Notes: generated from the sequence alone by a model not told the origin. A stretch of DNA of 64,000 nucleotides from Turneriella sp. (GCA_965279515.1 CBDIID010000003.1:2496001-2560000); one strand, 5' to 3'; counted from the stretch's first letter, positions 9,944 to 19,169 are shown. Translations and numbers: made by a program.

Positions 9944-10645
9944 TCACCCCCCTGACTCCCCCCTAAGGCTTACGATCGTCTGGTTCAAATCTTCCAGGTC
10001 TGCATTGCGCTCTTCCGCTTCGAGTTCGCGCAGTATCCGCGTAAAATCTTTGGCGCGGTCCAAATCGGTAACCTTGCCGCGCACCACAACGGGAATGCCC
10101 GCCTGTTGCAAAGCCCTGATCTGATCGGCGCCTGCCGACGAGGTACTCCAGCGGATGCGATCGAAGGCGGCGGCAGAATATTTTTCTGCCGCGAGCGAAA
10201 GAAATGCATACCCGCCGTCGCGCGCGAGTGTAATCACGCTTTGCGGAAAGAGGGCGATGGCCTGGTCAAAAACGCCGGCCGGTAAACAGGGGATATCCGC
10301 TCCCCAGACCAAAGCAAGATCGTGGCGGCTGAGAACTTCAGCACAGGCATTCTGCAGCCGCGTGCCGAGATCGCCTTCGCTCTGCGCACGGAAACGCAGT
10401 TTCATGCCCGCAAGATCGGGCGAAAATTTATAGCGCGCCACGAGCGCAGAAGCACCCGGCGCAAAGTAAACATAATCGGTATAAGAGTGCGCCGGGGCGC
10501 GCGGCAGCGAAAAAACGCGCGACTGCACGCGCAAGAGCCAGCGGTAGATTTCAAGGGCGGCAGTTTCAGATAGTTCGGCGGCCAGGCGGCTCTTGACCTT
10601 ACCGCGTTCGGGCAGGCGTGCAAAGAGGACGCGGGCGACGCGCAG
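9944..10645 (-). CDS. DUF2064/TIGR04282-like nucleotidyl- or glycosyltransferase (start uncertain)
   Basis: In-frame LFARLPERGKVKSRLA upstream of the ORF-track start; QSEGDLGTRL, GADIP, DGGY, DLD. Confidence 0.8.
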   Translation of the reverse strand: MRVARVLFARLPERGKVKSRLAAELSETAALEIYRWLLRVQSRVFSLPRAPAHSYTDYVYFAPGASALVARYKFSPDLAGMKLRFRAQSEGDLGTRLQNACAEVLSRHDLALVWGADIPCLPAGVFDQAIALFPQSVITLARDGGYAFLSLAAEKYSAAAFDRIRWSTSSAGADQIRALQQAGIPVVVRGKVTDLDRAKDFTRILRELEAEERNADLEDLNQTIVSLRGESGG

Positions 10646-11440
10646 TTACATCACCGCGGGCTTGAGGCCCTTGCTGTCCGCGAGTTGCAGATAGGCTTTT
10701 TCGACCACCGCACGGATGCCGATCAGCTTTTCTTTTTCGGTCAGCTTGCTCGTCGCGTTTGCGGGATGCAGCTCATGATCGGGCAAGATCGGGTCAAGTA
10801 CCTGGATAGCAATGCGATGCGGAAACAACAGGACATTCGAATGCATGGGCCGTGTTTCCTGCGTACCATACAGAACAATCGGAATAATCGGAAAGCCGCC
10901 TTTTTCGGCGACCTGGAATGCCCCCGCCTTGAACGGCAGAATCTTGCGCGCATCTTTACTACGCGTACCTTCGGGATAAATCAGCACCCGGTTGTTCTCA
11001 CGCACCTTAGCCTCGACGACCTCTAGCGAGCGGGCTGCCTGGCGCGGGCTTGAGCGGTTCACCGAGATGTATCCGATCTTGCGCATGGCGAGACCGATAA
11101 ATGGAATTTTGAAAACTTCTTCCTTGGAAAGAAATAGAAAGTCCAAAGGATAGAATCCTAACCCCGCCAAAATGTCAAAGAGGGATTGATGGTTGCTGAT
11201 AACAATGCCGGGTTCGTTTCGCGCCTTTTCCGCTCCGTAAACGTAGACCGGACAAAATGTAATGCGAATACCAAGCCAGCCCCAGAACTCTGCAAAGTAG
11301 CGCAATTTGCGGCTATGCTTTTTGGGCCAAACCGGGGCAAGCAGGATCACGAGGGTGGCGATGAGAATAGTGAATGGAATGAAGGTCGCCAGAAACCAGA
11401 CATAAAAAAGAAAGCCAACCGGAATCAACGCGTACCGCAT
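10646..11440 (-). CDS. plsC: 1-acyl-sn-glycerol-3-phosphate acyltransferase
   Basis: NHQSLFD, YPEGTRS, PFKAGAF motifs; N-terminal TM. Confidence 0.88.
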   Translation of the reverse strand: MRYALIPVGFLFYVWFLATFIPFTILIATLVILLAPVWPKKHSRKLRYFAEFWGWLGIRITFCPVYVYGAEKARNEPGIVISNHQSLFDILAGLGFYPLDFLFLSKEEVFKIPFIGLAMRKIGYISVNRSSPRQAARSLEVVEAKVRENNRVLIYPEGTRSKDARKILPFKAGAFQVAEKGGFPIIPIVLYGTQETRPMHSNVLLFPHRIAIQVLDPILPDHELHPANATSKLTEKEKLIGIRAVVEKAYLQLADSKGLKPAVM

Positions 11441-11554
11441 GGGGGGCCGTCTCGTTTTTGAACAGAACGTCAATGGTTTTTGGTTAACGAACAATGACGC
11501 AAAACCGGACATTTATTGATTGACCGCGAGCTAACGCAGGAAACTTAGCTTTAG

Positions 11555-12289
11555 ATGCACCGCGGAATACTCGAAACCGTATTCTGTGCCGGCGTTCATG
11601 GGAGCGCCGACAACTTCAGGCAGTGGGCGACGATGTACCGCCAACTCGCTGCATCACCCTTGCCCCCCAATCTCAGCGAATTTCAGGCCGCGCTCGATGA
11701 GCAGGTCGGTGATGCGGCAAAGCAGACGAGCGTAGATCTTTCTGACGATTTTATGCAGAAAGATATCATGCGTCTTTTCGATGCGGGCGCAACCGAAGTG
11801 ATATTGCCGTACAGCGAACTGCGGTGGCGTAACCATAACGAATGGGTTTTTCACACGGATAACTCAGAGAGTTTTTTTGTCGCGAACGATATGAAACTTT
11901 CACCGCTGCAATATATCCGCTCGCGCGTGCAGAATTTTTGCGACGACAAGGGTGTTCTGAACGCTCACCGCGACGAAATTGTCATCTCAGTCACCGAAGC
12001 GGCAGAGAACGCGATTAAGTACTCTAATGTGTTACCTGTTTTTATCCACCACGGCATCGAAAAAGAAGAGTATTTTATCCGCGCCATCAACTCAGTCAAC
12101 GACCTCAACCTTAAAGACGAAATTTCACGCGGCAAATTTTCTGAGGATGTCTCGCTGATGCGCGGAGTTCTGGTGATGTCAAAGCTGCTCGACTTTCTCG
12201 ACATCGTGCGCGACGTCGAGAAAAAACGCGTGGAGTTTATCGGCCGAAAGAAGATTTCGCTGAAACCTTCAAAACTAGTATCGGCCTGA
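11555..12289 (+). CDS. Protein with a C-terminal divergent RsbW-like HATPase domain
   Basis: EIVISVTEAAENAIKYS N-box; MRGVLVM G-box-like; no DxGxG. Confidence 0.6.
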   Translation: MHRGILETVFCAGVHGSADNFRQWATMYRQLAASPLPPNLSEFQAALDEQVGDAAKQTSVDLSDDFMQKDIMRLFDAGATEVILPYSELRWRNHNEWVFHTDNSESFFVANDMKLSPLQYIRSRVQNFCDDKGVLNAHRDEIVISVTEAAENAIKYSNVLPVFIHHGIEKEEYFIRAINSVNDLNLKDEISRGKFSEDVSLMRGVLVMSKLLDFLDIVRDVEKKRVEFIGRKKISLKPSKLVSA

Positions 12290-12318
12290 ACCGCTGCCGG
12301 CTAACAGATTTTCCGAAA

Positions 12319-13257
12319 TCAATACTTACCGGCTGAGGTGCTCAATGCCCCGATCGGGTGCCAGATCGTTTTATATTCCTGAAAGTCCGTAATGTAGTCG
12401 AGTTTTTCACCCGCTTCACTGTAGAGATCCGCCGCAGTTTTCCAGGACTTGATGCGCACGCGCTTCAGATTTTCTGTTGCCGCTGTTTCGGCGGTTTTAC
12501 GTGTCTCGTCGGAAATCACGGCAAGATCGAGCGCGTTGACATCCATGTGCTGCGCGAGGCCGGGTAACAGTTCTTTATGATAACCCGTGAGCACATTCAC
12601 GACACCGCCGGGTAAGTCAGAGGTTGCGAGCACTTCAGCAAGGCTCAGGACAACCGCTGGATTTTCTTCGGACACAAGCGCGATCACCGAATTACCACCC
12701 GCAAGAATCGGCGCGATCTGGGAAATAAAACCCAGCACCGGAGAAAAATTAGGGCAGAGCGCCACAACAACACCCATGGGTTCCGGAATAGTGAAGTTAA
12801 AATACGAACCCGAAACCGGGTTATGGTTACCCGAAAGCTGTTGGAATTTATCGCACCAGCCGGAATACCAGACAAGGCGATCGATGGAGGTCTCGACCTC
12901 ACGCGCGGCGTCAGAGGGCTTCGCACCGGAGACAAAAGAAATCTCAGCGCTAATCTCGCCGGCGCGCGCTTCGAGCATCTCGGCCATGCGGTAGAGAATC
13001 TGGCCGCGGTTGAAAGCGGTTTTCGAGGCCCAGCTATTGGCACCCTTGCGGGCGGCCTCCACAGCGTTGCGGGCATCTTTGCGGCTGCCCTGCTGGATAT
13101 TCGCGTAGAACTTTCCCGATTCTTTTGCACTCAGGGGAAACGAACGCCCCGATTCAGAGCGCGGAAACTCGCCGCCAATATAGAGTTTTTTAGTTTTGGC
13201 GACCGCAAGGCGCACCGACTTGGTGTCCGCGGCTTTTTCTTCGACGGCTTCTGGCAT
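12319..13257 (-). CDS. Short aldehyde-dehydrogenase-family protein (NAD-binding domain only)
   Basis: KLYIGGEFPRSESGR, EPMGVV, DLPGGVVNVLTG; 312 aa, no ELGG or catalytic Cys domain. Confidence 0.85.
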   Translation of the reverse strand: MPEAVEEKAADTKSVRLAVAKTKKLYIGGEFPRSESGRSFPLSAKESGKFYANIQQGSRKDARNAVEAARKGANSWASKTAFNRGQILYRMAEMLEARAGEISAEISFVSGAKPSDAAREVETSIDRLVWYSGWCDKFQQLSGNHNPVSGSYFNFTIPEPMGVVVALCPNFSPVLGFISQIAPILAGGNSVIALVSEENPAVVLSLAEVLATSDLPGGVVNVLTGYHKELLPGLAQHMDVNALDLAVISDETRKTAETAATENLKRVRIKSWKTAADLYSEAGEKLDYITDFQEYKTIWHPIGALSTSAGKY

Positions 13258-13291
13258 GCTTTAAGTTTCGGCGGGCCGCAGCCGTGTCAAA

Positions 13292-13870
13292 CTATTTGCA
13301 AAGCTCGGCATTCCCCATAGGGTCCGCTTCGTTGCCGAACCAGGCGACAGCATAGCCGCCCTTGATGCCAACGCCAAAGGCATTCCAGGCCCTGCTCCAC
13401 ATGCCTTGGTTCACCATAACCGCATTATGTCCCGAAGACCCCTGCCAGACGCGCAGCGCCGTTGCCGAGTCGATGCCGCCACTGCCGCCGGCCGAAATCT
13501 CAAAGCCGCTTCCCTTATAGTCACTAAGTTCCTGCGGCTTTTTCCACATGCACTGCGCCTTCGCATGATCGCTCGTATAACAGCACGAAGACCACGGGCC
13601 GGCATTCGACCAGCTGTGCATATTGCACATACCAGAGGCAGGGCGATTATCTGCAAGGTCAGCCGCATGCGTCTTTGCCACATAGCTGAGCGACTTTGTC
13701 GCTTGCAGTGTGGGCAATCCTTTGCCGCGGCGGTAGGTATTTATGGCCTCGACAAGTTTCATCTCTTCAGCCGTCAGGCAGACCTTGGCCGCAGGTCTTG
13801 CAAGCGGCGCTTCGCTGCGCAAGCCCAGAGAGGTGACGGCAATCAGTACCGCTAAAATAGTTTTTTTCAT
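13292..13870 (-). CDS. Secreted CAP (SCP/PR-1) domain protein
   Basis: Signal peptide; INTYRR..GLP.L, HAADL, WQGSSGHNAVM. Confidence 0.85.
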   Translation of the reverse strand: MKKTILAVLIAVTSLGLRSEAPLARPAAKVCLTAEEMKLVEAINTYRRGKGLPTLQATKSLSYVAKTHAADLADNRPASGMCNMHSWSNAGPWSSCCYTSDHAKAQCMWKKPQELSDYKGSGFEISAGGSGGIDSATALRVWQGSSGHNAVMVNQGMWSRAWNAFGVGIKGGYAVAWFGNEADPMGNAELCK

Positions 13871-15255
13871 CAGTAGTTTACGCTCACCTTTTCGAGAACC
13901 CCGAATGCCTCGAAAACCGTTTCTGACAGCGTCGGGTGCGGCATAACTGCATGCATAAAGTCATCCGCCAAGAGCTCTGACCCCATCGCGAGGGAAACCT
14001 GGCCGATCAGTTCGGCGGCATTTTCACCGACGATCTGCGCGCCCAGGATTTCACCGGTCTTTTTGTCAGTAAAGACACGCGTAAAAGCATTCTGCTCGGC
14101 CGCTGCCAGCGCCATGCCCGAGGCAATCCACGGAAATTCGCCGACGGTAAAATCACGCTTCGCTTCGGTCAGCTGTTTTTCGCTGAGCCCGATCGTCGCC
14201 ACCTGCGGGGATGTATAGATGCAGCCGGGAATCTCGCCCACAGCTGCGGGCTTTTTACCCGCAAGGCTTTCGGCGACAAAGATGCCCTGGTGTGCGGCAC
14301 GGTGCGCGAGCAGTTTTCCGGGCGTCACATCGCCGATCGCAAAAATATTCTTCTCTTTGGTTTGCAGCTGTGCATCGACATGGATGAACTTTTTTTCGTC
14401 GAGAATTCCAAAAGCGTCGATGCCCAGATCTTCGGTATTCGGCTGCACGCCGATCGCGACAAGCATTGCCGCCGACTGGACCTTTTCTTCTTTGCCATCC
14501 GCGGTCTTGAGCTTAGTTTCCACACCCTGGGCATTCTCCGCATTCGCGGTGATCTGCGCGCCTTCAAAGATCTGCATCCCCCTTTGTTCGAGGGCTTTTC
14601 TGAGGTGGCTCGCGACCTTGAGGTCGTCGTTCGGCAGAATGTGCGGCGCCATTTCAATGAGCGTCACCTTGCTGCCTAAGCACTGGTAAAAATCGGCGAA
14701 CTCGAGGCCGATGGCGCCACCGCCGATCACGGTGAGGCTCGCGGGCAACTCTTTCGCTACAAGCGCATCGCGGTACTGCCAGACTTTTTTCGAAAAGGGT
14801 AATTGCGGCAACGCCCGTGCCCGGGCACCGGTGGCAATGCAGGCATTTTTGAAATTCACCTGCGTCTCACCCGCCGCGGATTTTACCTTCAGCTGTGTTT
14901 TAGAAGTAAAGGCGGCATTCCCTTCGAAGAGTGTAACACCGTATTTTTTAAAGAGCGACTTGACGCCGGTCTGCAGGCGCGTCGCCACCTGGCGCGAACG
15001 GTCGATTATCGCGGGCAGGTCGGCGGCGATTTTACCCTCAACCGTGATGCCGAGTTTTCCGGCCTGTACCTTGTGCAAAAGATGCGCAGAGGTCAAGAGC
15101 GCCTTCGTCGGTATACATCCCCAGTTGAGACAGACACCGCCCGCGTTTTCGCGTTCGACCACAGCGGTCTTAAGCCCTAGCTGCGCCGCGCGTATCGCCG
15201 AGCTGTAACCGCCGGGCCCCGCACCGATCACAACATAGTCAAAGCTATCTGCCAT
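13870..15255 (-). CDS. lpdA: Dihydrolipoyl dehydrogenase
   Basis: GAGPGGY, GGVCLNWGCIPTK, GGGAIGLE, HPTLSE. Confidence 0.93.
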   Translation of the reverse strand: MADSFDYVVIGAGPGGYSSAIRAAQLGLKTAVVERENAGGVCLNWGCIPTKALLTSAHLLHKVQAGKLGITVEGKIAADLPAIIDRSRQVATRLQTGVKSLFKKYGVTLFEGNAAFTSKTQLKVKSAAGETQVNFKNACIATGARARALPQLPFSKKVWQYRDALVAKELPASLTVIGGGAIGLEFADFYQCLGSKVTLIEMAPHILPNDDLKVASHLRKALEQRGMQIFEGAQITANAENAQGVETKLKTADGKEEKVQSAAMLVAIGVQPNTEDLGIDAFGILDEKKFIHVDAQLQTKEKNIFAIGDVTPGKLLAHRAAHQGIFVAESLAGKKPAAVGEIPGCIYTSPQVATIGLSEKQLTEAKRDFTVGEFPWIASGMALAAAEQNAFTRVFTDKKTGEILGAQIVGENAAELIGQVSLAMGSELLADDFMHAVMPHPTLSETVFEAFGVLEKVSVNY

Positions 15256-15321
15256 TACACATGGACGTACGGGCATCAGTGGCGGCAAGAATGTTCGGAT
15301 GCGGGAAAACAGCTTTTTAGT

Positions 15322-15354
15322 TTGACTTTTTGATGCTATGATGCTGTGATGCGC
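15322..15354 (+). promoter_or_regulatory. vapBC promoter with three tandem TGATGCnn repeats (probable operator)
   Basis: TTGACT-17 nt-TGTGAT; tgatgcta tgatgctg tgatgcgc; ATG 6 nt after the -10. Confidence 0.55.
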
Positions 15355-15356
15355 GC

Positions 15357-15578
15357 ATGCGGACAACGCTGCACATCGACGACGACATCTACGCTTCGGT
15401 GAAAACTCTCGCTGAAACGAACGGTGTTCCGCCAGGCACTCTCATTAGTCAGTTGCTGCGCAAGGTTTTGTCGCAGACACCAATTGGCAGCGAAAATAGC
15501 CTGCCCGTATTTAAAGTAAAATCGAATGCACGTATTATACCCGGCAATCGGGCAAATAAATTACTTTCAGAAGAATAA
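15357..15578 (+). CDS. vapB: RHH/CopG-type VapB antitoxin
   Basis: MRTTLHIDDD N-terminus; coupled to a PIN gene. Confidence 0.85.
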   Translation: MRTTLHIDDDIYASVKTLAETNGVPPGTLISQLLRKVLSQTPIGSENSLPVFKVKSNARIIPGNRANKLLSEE

Positions 15579-15982
15579 TGGCATTACTTGACGTCAATGT
15601 GCTCCTGGCCCTCGCATGGCCAAACCATCAATTCCACAATGCCGCAGCAAAATGGTTCTTAAAAAATAAAGCAAAAAAATGGAGCACCTGCGCCCTGACA
15701 GAACTGGCCTTTATCCGTCTCAGTTCGAACCCTGCTTTCACGGAAGAATTCGTCAACCCGGCAACGGCAGCGGCGCTCCTTGAAAAAATGAAAGACAAGA
15801 ACCACGTTTTTTTGGATAAAGAGCGGTCGCCTGCAAAAATAACCTGGGACAAAATCCATTCCCATAAGACGGTAACGGATTTTTATCTCTTGCATCTCGC
15901 TGTAACCCATCGCGTAAAACTTGTGACGTTCGACGCGGGAATCGCGGCGATCAATAACTCGCACACCTTGTTGTTGGCATGA
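15578..15982 (+). CDS. vapC: VapC PIN-domain toxin
   Basis: LLDVNVLLAL, TELAFIR, VTDFYLL, LVTFD. Confidence 0.9.
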   Translation: MALLDVNVLLALAWPNHQFHNAAAKWFLKNKAKKWSTCALTELAFIRLSSNPAFTEEFVNPATAAALLEKMKDKNHVFLDKERSPAKITWDKIHSHKTVTDFYLLHLAVTHRVKLVTFDAGIAAINNSHTLLLA

Positions 15983-16524
15983 CTTTTATCATGTGGATCA
16001 TCGAGCTCGACAAACAAATCTTCGAATACCTGACCCTCTACGCCAACCCACCCTGGCTATCGGCCTGCGCCGAGCGCATCGGCAATCTCTCTACCTACAC
16101 AATACCCGCGCTCATCTTCTGCGTCCTCTACTACTGGCTCAACAGCCCGCGCTTCCTGCGTTTTCTTCTTTTCGTAATCTGCCTGTTAGTGCTCAGTGAA
16201 GGCGCAGCGTACCTGCTGAAAAATCTTATCGCCCGCCCCCGGCCGGCAGTCGACTGGCTGATCTATGTTGATCCCAAAGCATTAGGATTTCCCTCGGCGC
16301 ATGCGGTGAACTCGATGGCGCTGGCGGCTTTCCTGTCGCGTTGGTTTGAGAAATCGATCTTGTGGTATTTACCGATACCCCTCATCATCGGCGCCTCGCG
16401 CGTGCTGGCAAACTACCACTATCCGCTCGACGTTATAGGCGGATGGATCATCGGTTTCACAGTCTTCTGGATCTACTGGAGGCTGACCGACCTTTCATGG
16501 GCGGCGCACCTTAAAAAAATGTAG
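15979..16524 (+). CDS. PAP2-family membrane phosphatase
   Basis: KNLIARPRP, FPSAH, SRVLANYHYPLD. Confidence 0.9.
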   Translation: MTFIMWIIELDKQIFEYLTLYANPPWLSACAERIGNLSTYTIPALIFCVLYYWLNSPRFLRFLLFVICLLVLSEGAAYLLKNLIARPRPAVDWLIYVDPKALGFPSAHAVNSMALAAFLSRWFEKSILWYLPIPLIIGASRVLANYHYPLDVIGGWIIGFTVFWIYWRLTDLSWAAHLKKM

Positions 16525-16541
16525 TGTTGTGCTTTACACCA

Positions 16542-16584
16542 TGTGCGCCGCACAAAATCTGCACTCAGGTACGTTGCTGCGCAA
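16542..16584. promoter_or_regulatory. Two TGC-N3-GCA palindromes upstream of the phasin-like gene
   Basis: tgtgcgccgcaca (16542-16554) and ttgctgcgcaa (16574-16584). Confidence 0.4.
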
Positions 16585-16598
16585 GAGCAATAGGATTA

Positions 16599-16664
16599 AC
16601 CAAAGGAAGCGGTACAGAGCGCATCCGTGCGCACCGCTTCCCTGATACCTCGTGTACCAAAGGA
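16599..16664 (-). repeat. GGA-loop double-hairpin element, copy A
   Basis: Minus strand: ggtac-ACGAG-gtatc ... ggaagcggt-gcgc-ACGGAT-gcgc-TCTGT-accgcttcc; direct repeat accaaagga at 16599 and 16656. Confidence 0.7.
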
Positions 16665-16671
16665 GCTTAAC

Positions 16672-16992
16672 ATGGAACAAAATGTAAATAAAGTCGTCAG
16701 CTTCGGCATCGGTGCTTATGAGTCTGCCCGCGCAGGCGCTGAAACACTGCTGAAAAACCTCGAAACAGAAATCAACGCGCTCATCTCACAAGGTGAAAGC
16801 GTTAAAAGCGAAAACGCCGTAAAAGTGCGTACAGCCGTAACAGATGCTTCAAAACAAGTTTCTACCCTCGTTGAGCAGGCAAAAGCTCAATACACAGACC
16901 TCAGCGCAAAAGCGCAAAAGGCATTCTCTGACCTGCAAGCTAAGGCGAGCGAACTCGCTGCAAAATTGCCTGTCGGAAAACAAGCAGCTTAA
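16672..16992 (+). CDS. Phasin-like amphipathic helical protein
   Basis: FGIGAY...INALISQGE pattern, Ala/Lys-rich helices, AAGGAG RBS. Confidence 0.65.
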   Translation: MEQNVNKVVSFGIGAYESARAGAETLLKNLETEINALISQGESVKSENAVKVRTAVTDASKQVSTLVEQAKAQYTDLSAKAQKAFSDLQAKASELAAKLPVGKQAA

Positions 16993-17017
16993 GTCTTAAC
17001 GACTTGATCTGGTGGAG

Positions 17018-17045
17018 GCCCTTCCGCAAGGAGGGGCTTTTTTTT
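17018..17045 (+). terminator. Rho-independent terminator
   Basis: gcccttcc-gcaa-ggaggggc followed by a T run. Confidence 0.85.
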
Positions 17046-17505
17046 AGGTTAAACCAATAATCGCGTTACCCGAACAGCCTTCCCAGGTGAACGGAATGAC
17101 GAGCGTAGGCTCAGCCAGCAAGAACTTGAACTCTTCAGGCACTCCGACAAAAACGCTCGGCACTGAAATATCAAAACCGCTGCCGAAATGCACGCGCGCA
17201 TTACCGGCAATCGTATTGGCCATTTCGCCAATCATCGGGATAATATCATCTTCAGCGGGGGTCTGTGTCTCGAGCACAATCGTCACCAGCTTCTCGACAA
17301 GTTTTTTTTCGCAGGTGATAACCAGTCCGCCCTTGTGGCTGCCGGTGATACCGATGTGACCCGTATAATCAAAGAGCGGCTGCCGCGTCGCTTTCATATC
17401 AAGATTATACGGAACACCAAACTCGGGCTTCACCGCTTTGATGCTGAGAAAATACCGCTCGATACATTCGAGCAGCCCCTGAATGTCTTCGGTTTTGATT
17501 TTCAT
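17044..17505 (-). CDS. cheX: CheX-family CheY-P phosphatase
   Basis: DYTGHIGITG, GEMANTIAGN (ExxN), FDISVPSV. Confidence 0.9.
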   Translation of the reverse strand: MKIKTEDIQGLLECIERYFLSIKAVKPEFGVPYNLDMKATRQPLFDYTGHIGITGSHKGGLVITCEKKLVEKLVTIVLETQTPAEDDIIPMIGEMANTIAGNARVHFGSGFDISVPSVFVGVPEEFKFLLAEPTLVIPFTWEGCSGNAIIGLT

Positions 17506-17511
17506 AAGATT

Positions 17512-17575
17512 TCAGTCCGCGACAAAGAGGGCATCCATGCCCGTCGCAGACTAAGCGCCTCCATGCGCATTAATC
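17512..17575 (-). repeat. GGA-loop double-hairpin element, copy B (fills the cheX-cheX spacer)
   Basis: Minus strand: gcgc-ATGGAG-gcgc ttagtctgcgac-gggc-ATGGAT-gccc-TCTTT-gtcgcggactga. Confidence 0.75.
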
Positions 17576-18016
17576 AATCCCCACGACGAGGAAAGCCTGG
17601 TGGCCTTTCCAGTTGATCGGTAATACTACGACGGGTGTTCTAAGAATGATACGGAAATTGTTCGGCTTGCCCTTAAAAATTGTCGGCACCGAGATATTGA
17701 ATTCTGCACCAAAGGAAGTGCGCGCGTTACCGGCAATGGTGTTTGCGATCTCGCCGATCATATCAAAAACCGATTGGTCGTCGACTTCTTCCGTCAGAAG
17801 AATCTTGCGCGTGATTTCTTCGAGCATACCGCGCGAACAAGTGATGTAAAGACCGCCCTTACGGCTGCCTGATATACCTATGTGACCTGAATAATCGAGA
17901 ACGATCTGCTCTGCACCCTTTGTGTAAGGGATATCGAGTTCGGCCTTACTGCCGGTAACTTCTTCAAAATAACTGATCGTTCCGCGGATGAATACCTGAA
18001 TTTCTTCTTCTTTCAT
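17570..18016 (-). CDS. cheX: CheX-family CheY-P phosphatase (second paralogue)
   Basis: DYSGHIGISG, GEIANTIAGN, FNISVPT. Confidence 0.9.
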   Translation of the reverse strand: MKEEEIQVFIRGTISYFEEVTGSKAELDIPYTKGAEQIVLDYSGHIGISGSRKGGLYITCSRGMLEEITRKILLTEEVDDQSVFDMIGEIANTIAGNARTSFGAEFNISVPTIFKGKPNNFRIILRTPVVVLPINWKGHQAFLVVGID

Positions 18017-18062
18017 GATCGGCTCCGGGTTCCCATCTTGGTTTAGATAGCCTCAATAAGCG

Positions 18063-18422
18063 TTAATCCGCAACGACCTGATCAAATGCTTCTTTAATAC
18101 TTTCCGGGGTAAAGGGTTTGCCGAGGAAACTGCGCGCGCCTTTTTTCAACGCCTCGAGCGCTGTGGCTTCGTCTTTGAGCGCCGAAACCACCATCACGCG
18201 GATATCCGGCTTGATTTTAAGAAGTTCTTCGAGGCACTGCAGGCCATCCATCTCGGGCATGGTGATGTCGAGCGTGACCACATCGGGCATCGCTGTCTTG
18301 CACATTTCGACCGCTTGCTTGCCATCGGCAGCGGTGCCGACGATCTCAACGTTAGCGCTGGCGAGATATTTCTCGATAGCCTTGCGCATAATACTCGAGT
18401 CGTCCACAATCATCAGCTTCAT
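18063..18422 (-). CDS. Single-domain CheY-like response regulator
   Basis: MIVDD, DVVTLDITMPEMDG, SA, KPF. Confidence 0.9.
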   Translation of the reverse strand: MKLMIVDDSSIMRKAIEKYLASANVEIVGTAADGKQAVEMCKTAMPDVVTLDITMPEMDGLQCLEELLKIKPDIRVMVVSALKDEATALEALKKGARSFLGKPFTPESIKEAFDQVVAD

Positions 18423-18590
18423 AGGCTTACCTTGAGTCTCTGACAACGGCGTCACCCGTTTTTCCGGTTCAGTTTATACGAGTTAGTGAACTTTTGTGCG
18501 CAAGCCGGGCGACATAATGAATCTTCCGACCGCATGGTTGCGAAAGCACTGAGGTTCTTGCCATGGCACCCTTTACCGTGAAGCTGGCTC

Positions 18591-19169
18591 ATGGCAACCG
18601 CAAGCGAATTACAGAATTTTTTCGGGCCCCTTTTTCCGCTGATCGGTAAATGGGAAGGCGACAAGGGAATGGATGTATCACCCGAAAAAGACGGTGAAGA
18701 AATGTCTCCCTATTTTGAGACCATAACCATCGAGCCTGTCGGTGACGCCACCAATGCCGGAGAGCAAACGCTTGTTGTTCTCGCCTACAAACAAGTTGTC
18801 AGCCGCAAGTCCAACAACCAGGTTTTCCATCACCAAACCGGGTACTGGTATTTTGAGAAAAAAACCGGAGAAATTTTGTATTCGCTGACGATTCCCCGCG
18901 CTGTCTCTGTGCTTGCGAAAGGTAAAGGCGTTCTGAGCGGCGGCAAGATGGAATACAATGTCAAAGCCGATGCTTCCGATAAAAACCACGGCATCATTGA
19001 GTCTGCATTCATGGCAGAGAAAGCCTCAACGCGCAGTTTCTCCATGCAGGTTGTGGTCGAAGGCGACGCTTTGCGCTATAAAATGAATACCGGCCTGCAT
19101 ATCTACGGGCGTGATTTTGACCACAGCGACGAAAACTCGCTGACGCGCAAAGAGCTCGCACACATATAA
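18591..19169 (+). CDS. Nitrobindin/FABP-like haem-binding beta-barrel (DUF1794)
   Basis: GPLFPLIGKWEG, YFETITI, FHHQTGYW, C-terminal His (FDHSD). Confidence 0.8.
   Translation: MATASELQNFFGPLFPLIGKWEGDKGMDVSPEKDGEEMSPYFETITIEPVGDATNAGEQTLVVLAYKQVVSRKSNNQVFHHQTGYWYFEKKTGEILYSLTIPRAVSVLAKGKGVLSGGKMEYNVKADASDKNHGIIESAFMAEKASTRSFSMQVVVEGDALRYKMNTGLHIYGRDFDHSDENSLTRKELAHI

Noticed and set aside
15331..15354. Tandem 8-bp repeats as a possible CRISPR or iteron array
   Set aside because: Too short, no spacers; better explained as a TA operator.
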